From: a virus
Virus genome (UHGV): UHGV-1352889
Direction: 5' to 3' (one strand)
Length of the DNA stretch: 64,000 nt
Position 1 is the stretch's first letter; every line of letters starts with the position of its first letter. The notes beneath the pieces were generated by a model that saw nothing but the letters and a program-made list of their open reading frames with translations, was not told the DNA's origin and did not search any database. A program made the translations under genes and the position numbers. Below are positions 1-8,933 of the stretch, in pieces.

Positions 1-159
1 AAAGTACTGTATATTACGACCAAAGAATATTCACAAACCACTACCCGGCAAATGCGGGATATGGAACGGCTCGCAAGTTGCAACGGCTTTCATATCGTAC
101 CTACCGAACGCGTTGAAGCCTATGCAAATATCCTTGAAGGACAGTATCATACATATTAA
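1..159 (+). CDS. 3' end of an upstream plus-strand gene (partial, hypothetical)
   Basis: Frame 1 is open from the window edge to TAA at 157-159 (…ANILEGQYHTY*); co-oriented with the downstream early gene block. Confidence 0.3.
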   Translation, partial: KVLYITTKEYSQTTTRQMRDMERLASCNGFHIVPTERVEAYANILEGQYHTY

Positions 160-189
160 AGTAAAACCTGATAGAGTATTATCTTTTCT

Positions 190-219
190 CTTAGAACCAA
201 CAAAGAACACTACAAAATT
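190..219 (+). promoter_or_regulatory. conserved early-gene upstream motif (TTAGAACCAACAAAGAACACTACAAAATT variant)
   Basis: Related to the TTAGAAACCTCA…CTCTAnA motif present immediately upstream of the ATGs at 856, 1241 and 1629. Confidence 0.35.
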
Positions 220-825
220 ATGACTGCATTTGACATTGATATTAAGGGCAGGAAACGTGATGAACTTTCCCGCACGGAATGGCTTAAACTCACAAATCAA
301 ATCAATAAACTTCAACCTGCAATCTTTTCTTTTAAGGCAGGTGTAATATCCCATAGGATAGACAGGCCTTCCGAATGGAATGGAGAAGGAACGGTATGTG
401 TTAAGCCGTACATGCGGCCCTACGCAATCGAACTGGAACGCACACACAATGGTGCGTGCATTGTCCGGCTCCACAAGTTGAAGTGGAATGGCACGGTGTG
501 GAAACTTGCGGAAACGGCGGCTCTGACTGTAGGGGATGCTATAGAACTGGCAAAGCACTTTATTGCGGTGGTTAATCAGAACTGGCAGGAAGTGGGGTTG
601 CGTATTGCGCAGGAAGCAGGGGCGGTGGACTTCATGGTGGACGGTAGCCTCACCTATATGCGCTTCCGATTCCTCACACCCGATAAGGAATCCATGAATA
701 AACTTAACTCCATAAAGGTTCGCAAGCTGGCAGAACGTTTCTTCCTCCCCTGCATGGTGAAGTTTACGAGCAACAAATGGCACGATGAATTGAATCTGGA
801 AACCGTGAAGCTCGTACTCCGTTGA
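220..825 (+). CDS. hypothetical protein (201 aa)
   Basis: Protein-like composition; preceded by conserved motif; the overlapping 311-aa minus ORF 31..966 looks like a shadow frame. Confidence 0.5.
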   Translation: MTAFDIDIKGRKRDELSRTEWLKLTNQINKLQPAIFSFKAGVISHRIDRPSEWNGEGTVCVKPYMRPYAIELERTHNGACIVRLHKLKWNGTVWKLAETAALTVGDAIELAKHFIAVVNQNWQEVGLRIAQEAGAVDFMVDGSLTYMRFRFLTPDKESMNKLNSIKVRKLAERFFLPCMVKFTSNKWHDELNLETVKLVLR

Positions 826-828
826 ACC

Positions 829-855
829 CTTAGAAACCTCACATAGCTCTATAGT
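829..855 (+). promoter_or_regulatory. conserved early-gene upstream motif CTTAGAAACCTCACATAGCTCTATAGT
   Basis: Near-identical to motifs at 1210 and 1591; sits in the 30-nt gap between two plus-strand genes. Confidence 0.4.
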
Positions 856-1209
856 ATGACCTCCGAAAAAGAATCTAACGTCGTCATCCTCCGCAAGAAC
901 TGTCTCCACCACATCGGGCGAGCCGATAGGCTTCATGCCTTGTGGAGCATCGTGGAGCACCTCCATTCGGTAGTGGACATTGTTGCCCTCGTAAGCGCAC
1001 TGGTTTGTTTAGGTTATCTCCTTGCCACTGGTGAACTTCTCGTATCGTACCTTACATGGTGCATCATCATCACGGGCTGGTTTGTCTTCCAGCTACTGGT
1101 AGAGTGGGGCATTGACATCATACGCCGACGCCTAAAGCGGCATCAGTTGGAGGCAAATCGCCTCGCCCGTTGCCTTGAAGATATGGGATTCACTCGACCT
1201 ATCTTCTAA
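856..1209 (+). CDS. hypothetical small membrane protein (117 aa)
   Basis: ORF with two hydrophobic helices (LVSALVCLGYLLATG…WCIIITGWFVFQLLV); motif upstream. Confidence 0.45.
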   Translation: MTSEKESNVVILRKNCLHHIGRADRLHALWSIVEHLHSVVDIVALVSALVCLGYLLATGELLVSYLTWCIIITGWFVFQLLVEWGIDIIRRRLKRHQLEANRLARCLEDMGFTRPIF

Positions 1210-1240
1210 TTAGAAACCTCAAAGCACGCTAGAAATTATT
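1210..1240 (+). promoter_or_regulatory. conserved early-gene upstream motif TTAGAAACCTCAAAGCACGCTAGAAATTATT
   Basis: Same TTAGAAACCTCA core; starts immediately after stop codon 1207-1209. Confidence 0.4.
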
Positions 1241-1594
1241 ATGGAGAATTTTGACCTAATACTTAGCCAAGCAGAAACCACAACTGGAAGGAAGCCGTAC
1301 CCCGATAAGCCGAAAGAGCAGGACCCTCTTGCAATCAGCTTCAAAATATCTAGTCGGAAAAAGCGGATGCTACTTTGTCTTCAACAAACAATATCATCAA
1401 AGACTGGAGAAAACATCTTCCCCATACGAACCTATAGGTTGCCCTATTCTATGGTTGTCAAGGATATATTCATTTATCTGTGCGGGTACGTCCCAGATAG
1501 CGTGACCTTCGTAATATCTCGTGACGGCATCTTCCTTTACCTTGAATCCAGTGAGGACGGCTACCCAACTATTCGCTGGAAACTGGATATTTAG
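1241..1594 (+). CDS. hypothetical protein (117 aa)
   Basis: ORF flanked by conserved motifs on both sides. Confidence 0.45.
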   Translation: MENFDLILSQAETTTGRKPYPDKPKEQDPLAISFKISSRKKRMLLCLQQTISSKTGENIFPIRTYRLPYSMVVKDIFIYLCGYVPDSVTFVISRDGIFLYLESSEDGYPTIRWKLDI

Positions 1595-1619
1595 AAACCT
1601 CACATCGCTCTACAAAAAC
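1591..1619 (+). promoter_or_regulatory. conserved early-gene upstream motif TTAGAAACCTCACATCGCTCTACAAAAAC
   Basis: The TAG of TTAGAAACC is the stop codon of the preceding gene; ATG of next gene at 1629. Confidence 0.4.
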
Positions 1620-1628
1620 AAAACAGAT

Positions 1629-2204
1629 ATGAAACCTATCGCACTCGCTCAACAAATCATGCTCCTTCATTCTTGGGCACGGGATAATAATGGTCGTACC
1701 GGAAAACTTGGAAGCCCTATGGTTCTTCCTGCCCATGTCAAGGGAGAGTTCTATATTCCCCGGAACCCGGAGGATAATAGTCTCCAATCTGAACAGACCA
1801 AATTCCAGATTGAATCCTTCGGTATTGGGGAGGTATTCACGTCAGGCATCTTCTTTGCGGTTAGGACACTCTACGACCCGAATGCCTATGAGGATAGAAC
1901 GGTGCGCATCATTCGTCTCAACTACCATAAGGTGAAGCGCGGAGAAAACCATGATTATGCCACCCTATTTTCCTACCATAATTTTTACGCCGTTAGGTAT
2001 AGCAAAACCCTTTACGATGCTATGTTTAAGGCCCGCCCATCTCTTGCCTGCTCCGTTAAATTGGGTTGTATATTTCCTACGGAGCCGGGTGCGGAGATTC
2101 TGTCCATGACGCCTGACCACATGGTGCTTAACATGAGCACGCTATCTAAGGATGAAATCCTCTCACTCCACAAAGATTCCTTCCAATGCAATCTAAGAGT
2201 TTAA
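1629..2204 (+). CDS. hypothetical protein (191 aa; longer ORF opens at 1521)
   Basis: In-frame ATG at 1629 (MKPIALAQQ…) directly downstream of conserved motif; chosen over the 1521 start that would overlap the previous gene. Confidence 0.5.
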   Translation: MKPIALAQQIMLLHSWARDNNGRTGKLGSPMVLPAHVKGEFYIPRNPEDNSLQSEQTKFQIESFGIGEVFTSGIFFAVRTLYDPNAYEDRTVRIIRLNYHKVKRGENHDYATLFSYHNFYAVRYSKTLYDAMFKARPSLACSVKLGCIFPTEPGAEILSMTPDHMVLNMSTLSKDEILSLHKDSFQCNLRV

Positions 2205-2318
2205 CCCAACAATTTCTTGCACTCCTTCGGGTTTCCCGTTTAACTCGGGAGATAATGGAGGAACAGAAAAAAGAATACGAACGAAATCCAAAAAGTTATA
2301 ACCACTACTATCAAGAAT

Positions 2319-2855
2319 ATGTTAGAACCCAAAGACTATCAAAAATATATCGACGAGGACATCAACCCCGGTGACTACATTGTCAGAGAACTGGGTGGAG
2401 AGTATTACGTGGGGAGAGTAGTCGAGCTTTCTCCAAACTTCTACAGATACAAAGTCTTAAATGCTTTCCCTCTGGGTGAGGGGGTTGTCCGTCATGAAGA
2501 AGCAATCAAATGTTACCCTACACCTCTTCGGAAGTTTAAGGAGGGGGACGAGGTAATTTGTAGAGAACATATAGGTAAATGGACTGTAATGGAGGACGAG
2601 AAGGATTCCGTTCTTGTTGGTATTAAGGATAAATGTACAGGAACTATCAAAGCAGTAACCCCTGCCTCTCTTCTTCTCATCAGGCCAATCGACCTGCATT
2701 ATCGGTTCAGAGTTATCGACGGAGCTATTTGGGACTTCAAGAAGAACCAGTCCTTACGTGTCAACCCTTCATGTGAGGGAACAACTGAAATGGAACGTCT
2801 CTGCAATCTTCTGAATGAATTAGACAGAAACGAAGAAACTTCTCTTGACAAGTAA
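2319..2855 (+). CDS. hypothetical protein (178 aa)
   Basis: ORF, protein-like composition. Confidence 0.5.
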   Translation: MLEPKDYQKYIDEDINPGDYIVRELGGEYYVGRVVELSPNFYRYKVLNAFPLGEGVVRHEEAIKCYPTPLRKFKEGDEVICREHIGKWTVMEDEKDSVLVGIKDKCTGTIKAVTPASLLLIRPIDLHYRFRVIDGAIWDFKKNQSLRVNPSCEGTTEMERLCNLLNELDRNEETSLDK

Positions 2856-2881
2856 TAAAACCCAGATACTATTATCCGCAC

Positions 2882-3484
2882 ATGAATAATACTACAGAAC
2901 CAAACAAATTGAGCCTCGATAATATTCAGGAAGAGGTAGCCCGCATTCTCACCGAACCGAAGTCTATCATGTTGAAGGAAAGACTGCAACGGGAGTGGGA
3001 TGCAGTCCCCGCATTCAACCTGCCCATCGACGCGCCTGCGGAGGCGGTTGCCGAGAAGGCTCTTGAACTGGGGGACTACGCCGCCAACATCTTTGATATT
3101 GAACCCCCGCCGCTGGCGGGAGTTCAGTTCATCATGGCAGAAGTCGCCGAGAACCTCGTCACTGTGAAGGAATACATTGCCTTCATGCAGGAGCTTGAGA
3201 ACCCCGGCAAGGCGTGCAATATCTTTACAGATTCCCACGTCATGATTAAGGCACTCGTCCTCTTCATGGCCATTCACCTCTTGGTAGCGTATGCCAGTCA
3301 GAACGACCCGGACCGCATTGATGAAGAGAAGGGAGGCATCTCCGCATTCCGTCTCTTCTCCGTGGCGAGCAATGTAATTTCCATGAACCTGATGGAACAG
3401 TCTACTCTTACCTTCGTAGATAAGTCGGAGCTTGCCGAGAAGGAAGCTAACGCCCGTAAAATTATTCTGCCTCACGAAGCATAA
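2882..3484 (+). CDS. hypothetical protein (200 aa)
   Basis: ORF, protein-like composition. Confidence 0.5.
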   Translation: MNNTTEPNKLSLDNIQEEVARILTEPKSIMLKERLQREWDAVPAFNLPIDAPAEAVAEKALELGDYAANIFDIEPPPLAGVQFIMAEVAENLVTVKEYIAFMQELENPGKACNIFTDSHVMIKALVLFMAIHLLVAYASQNDPDRIDEEKGGISAFRLFSVASNVISMNLMEQSTLTFVDKSELAEKEANARKIILPHEA

Positions 3485-3488
3485 AGCA

Positions 3489-3740
3489 ATGGAAATGACT
3501 AGCGAACAGAAGAAATATCGTAAACTTGTACGGAAAATTATTCGGACAATCTGTAAGAATTTAGTGAAGAAAGCTAGCGAGTATAACACAGTCCCTTTGA
3601 GGATGGAGTATGTTACCTTATTGGAGTTTGTACTTATGCCTCCTTCAGATTGTCACAAGATAGTAGAGAAAGAACTTGACAATCTCATTAGTGAAGGTAT
3701 TATTCCAGTCAGAAAGGAAGACGACAATGGAGATAGGTAA
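3489..3740 (+). CDS. hypothetical protein (83 aa from MEMTSEQ…)
   Basis: ORF 3432..3740; ATG at 3489 follows the stop of the upstream gene. Confidence 0.35.
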   Translation: MEMTSEQKKYRKLVRKIIRTICKNLVKKASEYNTVPLRMEYVTLLEFVLMPPSDCHKIVEKELDNLISEGIIPVRKEDDNGDR

Positions 3741-5721
3741 TCCTAAAAACATGAGCGTGATGGAGTTGGAAGAAGTGATTGCTATCTTCAATAGCTCCTA
3801 CTACAAAGAGGGGAAAACCCTTCTCCCTGACACGGTTTATGATACGCTGGTTGAAGAACTGCGTTCCCGTTCCCCGGAATCCAAGGAACTCGATAGTCTT
3901 GGGGACGACATACAACGGGGAGCCAAGACCTTCCGGCATCCTAATCCCGTGCTCTCCCTTGCCAAGATTCATGAGGGCAAGGACGGAATTGGTATGGACC
4001 AGCTTCGCGGCTGGATTGCCGGACGTGACGTCGTGGTTGAACCGAAGTACGATGGCCTCACCCTCGTTCTGTACATTGAAAAGGGACGGCTCGTCAAGGC
4101 CGTTACCCGTGGCAACGGAACCGAGGGGGAAGTAATCCCCCTTGATAAGGTTCTCTATATGGTCCCGCCAAGTTATGGCAATTACACGGGAGCTATCCGC
4201 GGGGAAGTGGTCGTAGCTAAGAGCGAAGAGGGGCGGGTGGAAAGCATGGGGTACTCCAACCTCCGCGCCTGTGCCGTTGGTCAACTCCGCAACAATAAGC
4301 TCAAGTGGTCTGACTGGCTCATTACCTTCATCCCGTTCGATGCAAGTCCCTTCCCGGAGGGTGTTGAATCCCGCATGGAACTGCATGGGTGGCTGATGGA
4401 AATGTTTGACCTCGTAACCCTCCCCAATGAATGGCCAGAAGGCGAAGCTCTGACAGATGAATACATCCGGGACATGGCCAAGTACCTGCGCGACGACATC
4501 GCATATCCTACTGATGGTATTGTGTTTAAGTTGAACCAGAAGAATGCCATTGCCGCGGCAGGGGAGGCTACCGCCCATCACCCGAAGGACGCGGTAGCCT
4601 TTAAGTTCAACCCGCAGGGAGTTGAAACTACCCTCCGAGATGTCATTTGGCAAGTAGGCAGAACCGGAGTTCTTACCCCGGTTGCTGTCTTCGATACGGT
4701 GAAGATTGGTGGAACCAACGTTTCCCGTGCCACCCTCTCCAACGTGGCTAATGCGGCCTCCTTCCACATTGGTGATACCGTGGAGGTGATTAAGGCAGGG
4801 GAGATTATTCCGTACATCCGCAAGGTTCGCGGCTGTGGCAATACGGTTTCCGTTGTCCCTCTGACCTGTCCCTGTTGCGGCTCCACGTTATCCTCTAGTG
4901 ACCTCAACATCTTCTGTACCAATCCGTTGTGCAGGGATAAGGTAGCGGCCAAGCTGGAATACGCATGCGGTAAGAATGCACTGGACATTGATGGCATGGG
5001 ACTTGTATTCTCACGTATGATTGCAGACAAACTGCTCGCCGGGGAGAATGATGTAGAGCCTCCGACCGCAGAAACTGCTTACCTCCACCACCCGTTCCTG
5101 CTTCTCATGTCCGGCACGATGGACAATCTCATCAACGGAATCCCCGGAACCCAAGGGTACAGAGGATTCCTTGAAATCGTGGAGGAACGGAAGCACCATG
5201 CAACCCTTGCTCAATGGATTACTGCGATGGAGATTCCCCATGTTGGTTGCACCCGTGCGGAAAGTCTCTCCTATGCTTACCCCAATCTCTACTCTTTCCT
5301 CACTCTCTTTCCCGAAGATTTAAGGAACAAGCGTCATGCGGAGTTCGGCCCCCTGATGACCGAGGCAATTCTGAATTACATGGAGACCGTGCCAACGTGG
5401 AACGAGATGACGGCAATGGTTATGACAGGAGATATTCCCAATGCCGAGGGCAATGTTCCCAAGAGCACCGCGTTGCGGGGAGTAAACTTCGTCATCACGG
5501 GAACCCTGTCCCAGCCTCGCCATGTATATAACCTGCTCGTTCAGGACATGGGAGGCACGGTCAAGGAGAACGTGTCGAGGAAGACCAACTACCTTGTTGT
5601 CGGTAAGGAACCGGGGGAGCACAAGCAAAAGATTGCGAGGCTCCACAAGATTCCTTCAATTACAGAAGAAGAATTCATGCAAATGATTAACCCTTCAATT
5701 ACAAATGAAAAAAATTCCTAA
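3727..5721 (+). CDS. ligA: NAD-dependent DNA ligase (LigA-like)
   Basis: N-terminal Ia-like region (ELEEVIAIFNSSYY…PDTVYDTL), adenylation KxDG motif (EPKYDGLTLVLY), Cys4 zinc finger (CPCCGST…CTNPLC), C-terminal BRCT-like segment (VNFVITGTL…YLVVGKEPG); AGGAAG 7 nt upstream of ATG 3727. Confidence 0.85.
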   Translation: MEIGNPKNMSVMELEEVIAIFNSSYYKEGKTLLPDTVYDTLVEELRSRSPESKELDSLGDDIQRGAKTFRHPNPVLSLAKIHEGKDGIGMDQLRGWIAGRDVVVEPKYDGLTLVLYIEKGRLVKAVTRGNGTEGEVIPLDKVLYMVPPSYGNYTGAIRGEVVVAKSEEGRVESMGYSNLRACAVGQLRNNKLKWSDWLITFIPFDASPFPEGVESRMELHGWLMEMFDLVTLPNEWPEGEALTDEYIRDMAKYLRDDIAYPTDGIVFKLNQKNAIAAAGEATAHHPKDAVAFKFNPQGVETTLRDVIWQVGRTGVLTPVAVFDTVKIGGTNVSRATLSNVANAASFHIGDTVEVIKAGEIIPYIRKVRGCGNTVSVVPLTCPCCGSTLSSSDLNIFCTNPLCRDKVAAKLEYACGKNALDIDGMGLVFSRMIADKLLAGENDVEPPTAETAYLHHPFLLLMSGTMDNLINGIPGTQGYRGFLEIVEERKHHATLAQWITAMEIPHVGCTRAESLSYAYPNLYSFLTLFPEDLRNKRHAEFGPLMTEAILNYMETVPTWNEMTAMVMTGDIPNAEGNVPKSTALRGVNFVITGTLSQPRHVYNLLVQDMGGTVKENVSRKTNYLVVGKEPGEHKQKIARLHKIPSITEEEFMQMINPSITNEKNS

Positions 5722-6025
5722 CGAATTTACACGCAACCCCTTCACCTGTCGCCTCATTTTCCGTGAGGCTGGCGTTGCCATCTATGAGCTAACCCATAAA
5801 GGAAGCGGGAAGGTAAACAATTATGAGGTTGTCATCGTCCGTCAGCACAAAGCGGACAATGATTTCATCAAGGTTAAAGCCGGAGATGAATACCTCCCCA
5901 GCACCAGTGAGTGGGGCCAGTATGGATGGACATTCCCCACTCTTGAACTCGCAAACTACAAAGCCAAACATATCATTCATGAACGTTCTATGGATAAATC
6001 AGGAAGTCACACTTCCGCTAACTAA
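5705..6025 (+). CDS. hypothetical protein (106 aa)
   Basis: ORF bridging ligase and thyX; overlaps both ends slightly. Confidence 0.35.
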   Translation: MKKIPNEFTRNPFTCRLIFREAGVAIYELTHKGSGKVNNYEVVIVRQHKADNDFIKVKAGDEYLPSTSEWGQYGWTFPTLELANYKAKHIIHERSMDKSGSHTSAN

Positions 6026-6641
6026 ATCAGTAATAGATAAACAGGTTGAGGCCGCAGAGATAATGGGTCGTATCTGCTATAAAAGCGAACCGAAGGGCGA
6101 CCCCATTGCGTTTCTCTCCCGTATCATTAACCGCGGACACGAAAGTGTCATCGAGCACATCAACATCCCGGCAGTCCTCTCGACGGATAGAGCGGTGACA
6201 CATCAGTTGGTGCGACACAGGCACATGAGCATCAGCATGGAGAGCCAGAGGTACGTCAACTATGACCGGAAGGGAATCATTTGCTTCGTCCGTCCGCAGT
6301 TCTTTAACGACGAGAAGGTTGACCCGAAGACCATTGAAGAGTTTAAGAATACCTGCCAGAACCTTGCGGAGAAGTACGTGGAACTTGTCCAAGGAGGACT
6401 GCCTCCCGAAGAAGCGCGGGGATTGCTTCCGAACTGTACGGCTACGGTGATTGGCGTGACTGCTAACCTCCGCGAGTGGAGGCACATCTTCCGTATGCGA
6501 TTGGACGGTGCGGCCCAGCCGCAAATCCGTGCGCTCCTTCTGGCCCTCCGGCAAAAGATGGAATTGAAGTACGACCTCGCATGGGCATTCAAGGACATCC
6601 CCGTTGATACTAACCGACTTCATTCCGTTCCAGAACTATGA
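5979..6641 (+). CDS. thyX: flavin-dependent thymidylate synthase ThyX
   Basis: ThyX signature RHRxxSxxxxSxRY present as VRHRHMSISMESQRYV; about 220 aa from ATG 5979 (ORF opens at 5823). Confidence 0.8.
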   Translation: MNVLWINQEVTLPLTKSVIDKQVEAAEIMGRICYKSEPKGDPIAFLSRIINRGHESVIEHINIPAVLSTDRAVTHQLVRHRHMSISMESQRYVNYDRKGIICFVRPQFFNDEKVDPKTIEEFKNTCQNLAEKYVELVQGGLPPEEARGLLPNCTATVIGVTANLREWRHIFRMRLDGAAQPQIRALLLALRQKMELKYDLAWAFKDIPVDTNRLHSVPEL

Positions 6642-7243
6642 GCCGTATCAGTCTCAAGAAGTATCGGGAACAGATGGCGGCTAACATGAAAGCCCCAACC
6701 GCGAAGCGTCGAAGAGGAAAGTTCAAGTGCAAGAAATATGGAGATAAATTTTACTGGTATCGAGATAGCCCCGCGGAGCAAAAGAAGTTCTTGAGGGAGA
6801 CAAAAGCTAACAAGCTTCGGTCTCGCATCATGCCTGAACATAAGCAACTTATCCATGCCTCTCTCCGGTCGAAGAAACAACTGACCGAGGAACAACTAAC
6901 CTACGGTCGCATCCTTGCGTCCAATAAAATATCTACTGGTGCAGTTGGAGAAACTACCCCAGATGAAACCCCTAGCTGGATTAAGGAGGACAACTCCTTT
7001 TTCTTCCAGTTTAAATTTCATGGCTATTTCATCAAAGGTGAAGTCCCCGTGGCTCTTGTTGGAAGTTCCTCTGCGGCTCTGGAAATATGCAGGAAGGCGT
7101 ACAAGTTCGCACGGAGAATTACAAGGAAGTGGACAGTCAAAGAAGGATGTTTAACTCTACCCTCTCCCCGCCTCTTCGTCATAGCCAAGATGTCTATTCG
7201 CAAATATATCAACAAACAAATTTACAAGCACCTCACAAAATAG
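6638..7243 (+). CDS. hypothetical basic protein (201 aa)
   Basis: Lys/Arg-rich N-terminus (KRRRGKFKCKKYGDKFYWY); ATGA start/stop overlap with thyX. Confidence 0.5.
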   Translation: MSRISLKKYREQMAANMKAPTAKRRRGKFKCKKYGDKFYWYRDSPAEQKKFLRETKANKLRSRIMPEHKQLIHASLRSKKQLTEEQLTYGRILASNKISTGAVGETTPDETPSWIKEDNSFFFQFKFHGYFIKGEVPVALVGSSSAALEICRKAYKFARRITRKWTVKEGCLTLPSPRLFVIAKMSIRKYINKQIYKHLTK

Positions 7244-7244
7244 T

Positions 7245-7751
7245 ATGCACGCGCACGAAGCAATCAACGCAATCGTTTCAACCAAGGTAAACTCACAGGC
7301 TTTTCCCGACCTGCCGGAAGGAAAGGAATCCATGAACGATGCCGTCAACCACCCGAAGCATTACACCTCCCACCCCAGCGGAATCGAAACCATAGAAATT
7401 ACTGGCAAGCTTCCCTTCGCATTAGGGAATGCCGTCAAGTATTTGATGCGGTCACAGTACAAGAAGGACCGTATTGAAGACCTCAAGAAAGCACGATGGT
7501 ATTTGGAGTACCACGCTAAGCACTGGTCCAAGGTGTTTGAAACGTTTGACCTTTACCTTATCCTTGAACAGTTCAGGCGCACGGTGATGAGCCATAGCTA
7601 CCAACGTAGTCCCGAAGATTCCATTCTGGTACGGCTCTTCTATATCTGGGCGCATGATAAGTTGGTTGAGGTAAACCCCGCATCGGAATTGCAACGATGT
7701 ATCGGCGAGATTACCCAGCTAATAGAATCCCTCGAAGCGAAACAGAACTAA
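7245..7751 (+). CDS. hypothetical protein (168 aa)
   Basis: ORF; last gene of plus-strand block, followed by terminator. Confidence 0.5.
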   Translation: MHAHEAINAIVSTKVNSQAFPDLPEGKESMNDAVNHPKHYTSHPSGIETIEITGKLPFALGNAVKYLMRSQYKKDRIEDLKKARWYLEYHAKHWSKVFETFDLYLILEQFRRTVMSHSYQRSPEDSILVRLFYIWAHDKLVEVNPASELQRCIGEITQLIESLEAKQN

Positions 7752-7758
7752 AACAAAA

Positions 7759-7788
7759 CCCCCGGAAGGAAATATCTTCCGGGGTTTT
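7759..7788. terminator. bidirectional rho-independent terminator (convergent blocks)
   Basis: 9-bp GC stem CCCCGGAAG/CTTCCGGGG with 7-nt loop, A-run upstream and TTTT downstream; lies between the end of the + block (7751) and the end of the - block (7875). Confidence 0.7.
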
Positions 7789-7874
7789 CGCTTAGAACCC
7801 AAACAACTTACAGTCCAAACAGAATGATGTCGTTGCGGATTCTTTATACCATGCAGTACCTATGATGTCAATAC

Positions 7875-8258
7875 CTAACTGACAGGAACTTCGTTTTTCT
7901 CAATGCTCGCCATCAGTTCGGCGAGCTTTTTCTTTCTGGTTTCGAGTTGTTGTTCGAGCCTCTCTATCTCTTTGACGTAATCATGGCACGCATGCTTGGC
8001 CGCATCCTCATAGGTGAGGAAGACAGTGTGGTTGAGATATCCGTTTTCTATGGTTCTGAATCGGTGGTTGATGTATTCGATTCTGACACGGGAAACGAAA
8101 CATTCAAAGGCGACATCAGATACTTCAACGGCTCTCACTGTGGGCATGCCACCGCAATGTACGTTAATGAACACCGTGCATCCCTTATACAGGGGGAGCT
8201 TGCTAGCTTCTTCTGCGGTGAAGGTTTGGTTCTTCATACGGAGGGAAGTATGTACCAA
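7875..8258 (-). CDS. hypothetical protein with C-terminal coiled coil (127 aa)
   Basis: ORF; C-terminal heptad-like IERLEQQLETRKKKLAELMASIEKNE; preferred over overlapping + ORFs. Confidence 0.5.
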   Translation of the reverse strand: MVHTSLRMKNQTFTAEEASKLPLYKGCTVFINVHCGGMPTVRAVEVSDVAFECFVSRVRIEYINHRFRTIENGYLNHTVFLTYEDAAKHACHDYVKEIERLEQQLETRKKKLAELMASIEKNEVPVS

Positions 8259-8277
8259 CTTGAAATAATGTCAAGGA

Positions 8278-8883
8278 TTATTTCAACCAGCAGTCAGATT
8301 CGATATCGAAGTGAGCCTTTACGGATAGGTCGCAACCGCATAAGGTACAATAGAGAGGGGCCTCCCCGTTGGTCAGGTCTGCCCGCCCGGAAATTTTTTC
8401 CTTGAGGAATTTGCGGCCAGCTCCTTCGGCTCCACATGTGGCGCACCCCTGCTTCTCTAAATCCGGGGGAGGCGTAGAGGTAGCATACGGACAGGAGGAA
8501 CAGATAGCATAGCGGCGGCGTGCTTCTGCCTCGTCTACAAATCTGTGTCCCCGCCGATACCAGAGAACCATAGTACCGAAGAAGGCCAGTACCTTCTTGG
8601 CACTCATGGGTTCATACTCCCTCCATTCAATCCCCTTATCCCCGCAGGTAGTACAGTATTGGGGAGGGAGAGAGGAACAGAGTTCTGATTCAAAGAGCGC
8701 AACCTGAAAGGGTTCTCCATTATTCATGAAGAGACGGGCAACGGATTTGCGAAGTTGTTCCAGTGAACCCGCGGAAACCTTGGTTCCCTTGAGCCTGACA
8801 CTCATGGATTCAGGGACAACAAACTTCCAGCCACCCGGAGGTGTAACCATAACATGATTGGGGACTATACGAAAAGAGGGCAT
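8278..8883 (-). CDS. hypothetical Cys-rich protein (201 aa)
   Basis: Multiple CxxC pairs (CTTCGD, CSSCPY, CATCGA, CTLCGC). Confidence 0.5.
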   Translation of the reverse strand: MPSFRIVPNHVMVTPPGGWKFVVPESMSVRLKGTKVSAGSLEQLRKSVARLFMNNGEPFQVALFESELCSSLPPQYCTTCGDKGIEWREYEPMSAKKVLAFFGTMVLWYRRGHRFVDEAEARRRYAICSSCPYATSTPPPDLEKQGCATCGAEGAGRKFLKEKISGRADLTNGEAPLYCTLCGCDLSVKAHFDIESDCWLK

Positions 8884-8933
8884 GGGAGAATTATAGCTCC
8901 CATGCCCCCGAAGGTCAAGGATATAAATCCTTG

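Noticed and set aside
31-966. 311-aa minus-strand ORF covering the first two plus-strand genes
   Set aside because: Antisense to protein-like plus ORFs that each carry the conserved upstream motif; its translation is Phe/His/Arg/Cys-heavy and low-complexity, typical of a shadow frame
7947-8405. 152-aa and 84-aa plus-strand ORFs after the terminator
   Set aside because: Antisense to minus ORFs 7875..8258 and 8278..8883 which have better composition (coiled coil, CxxC pairs); the TTAGAACCC motif at 7791 is noted but has no convincing downstream plus-strand gene
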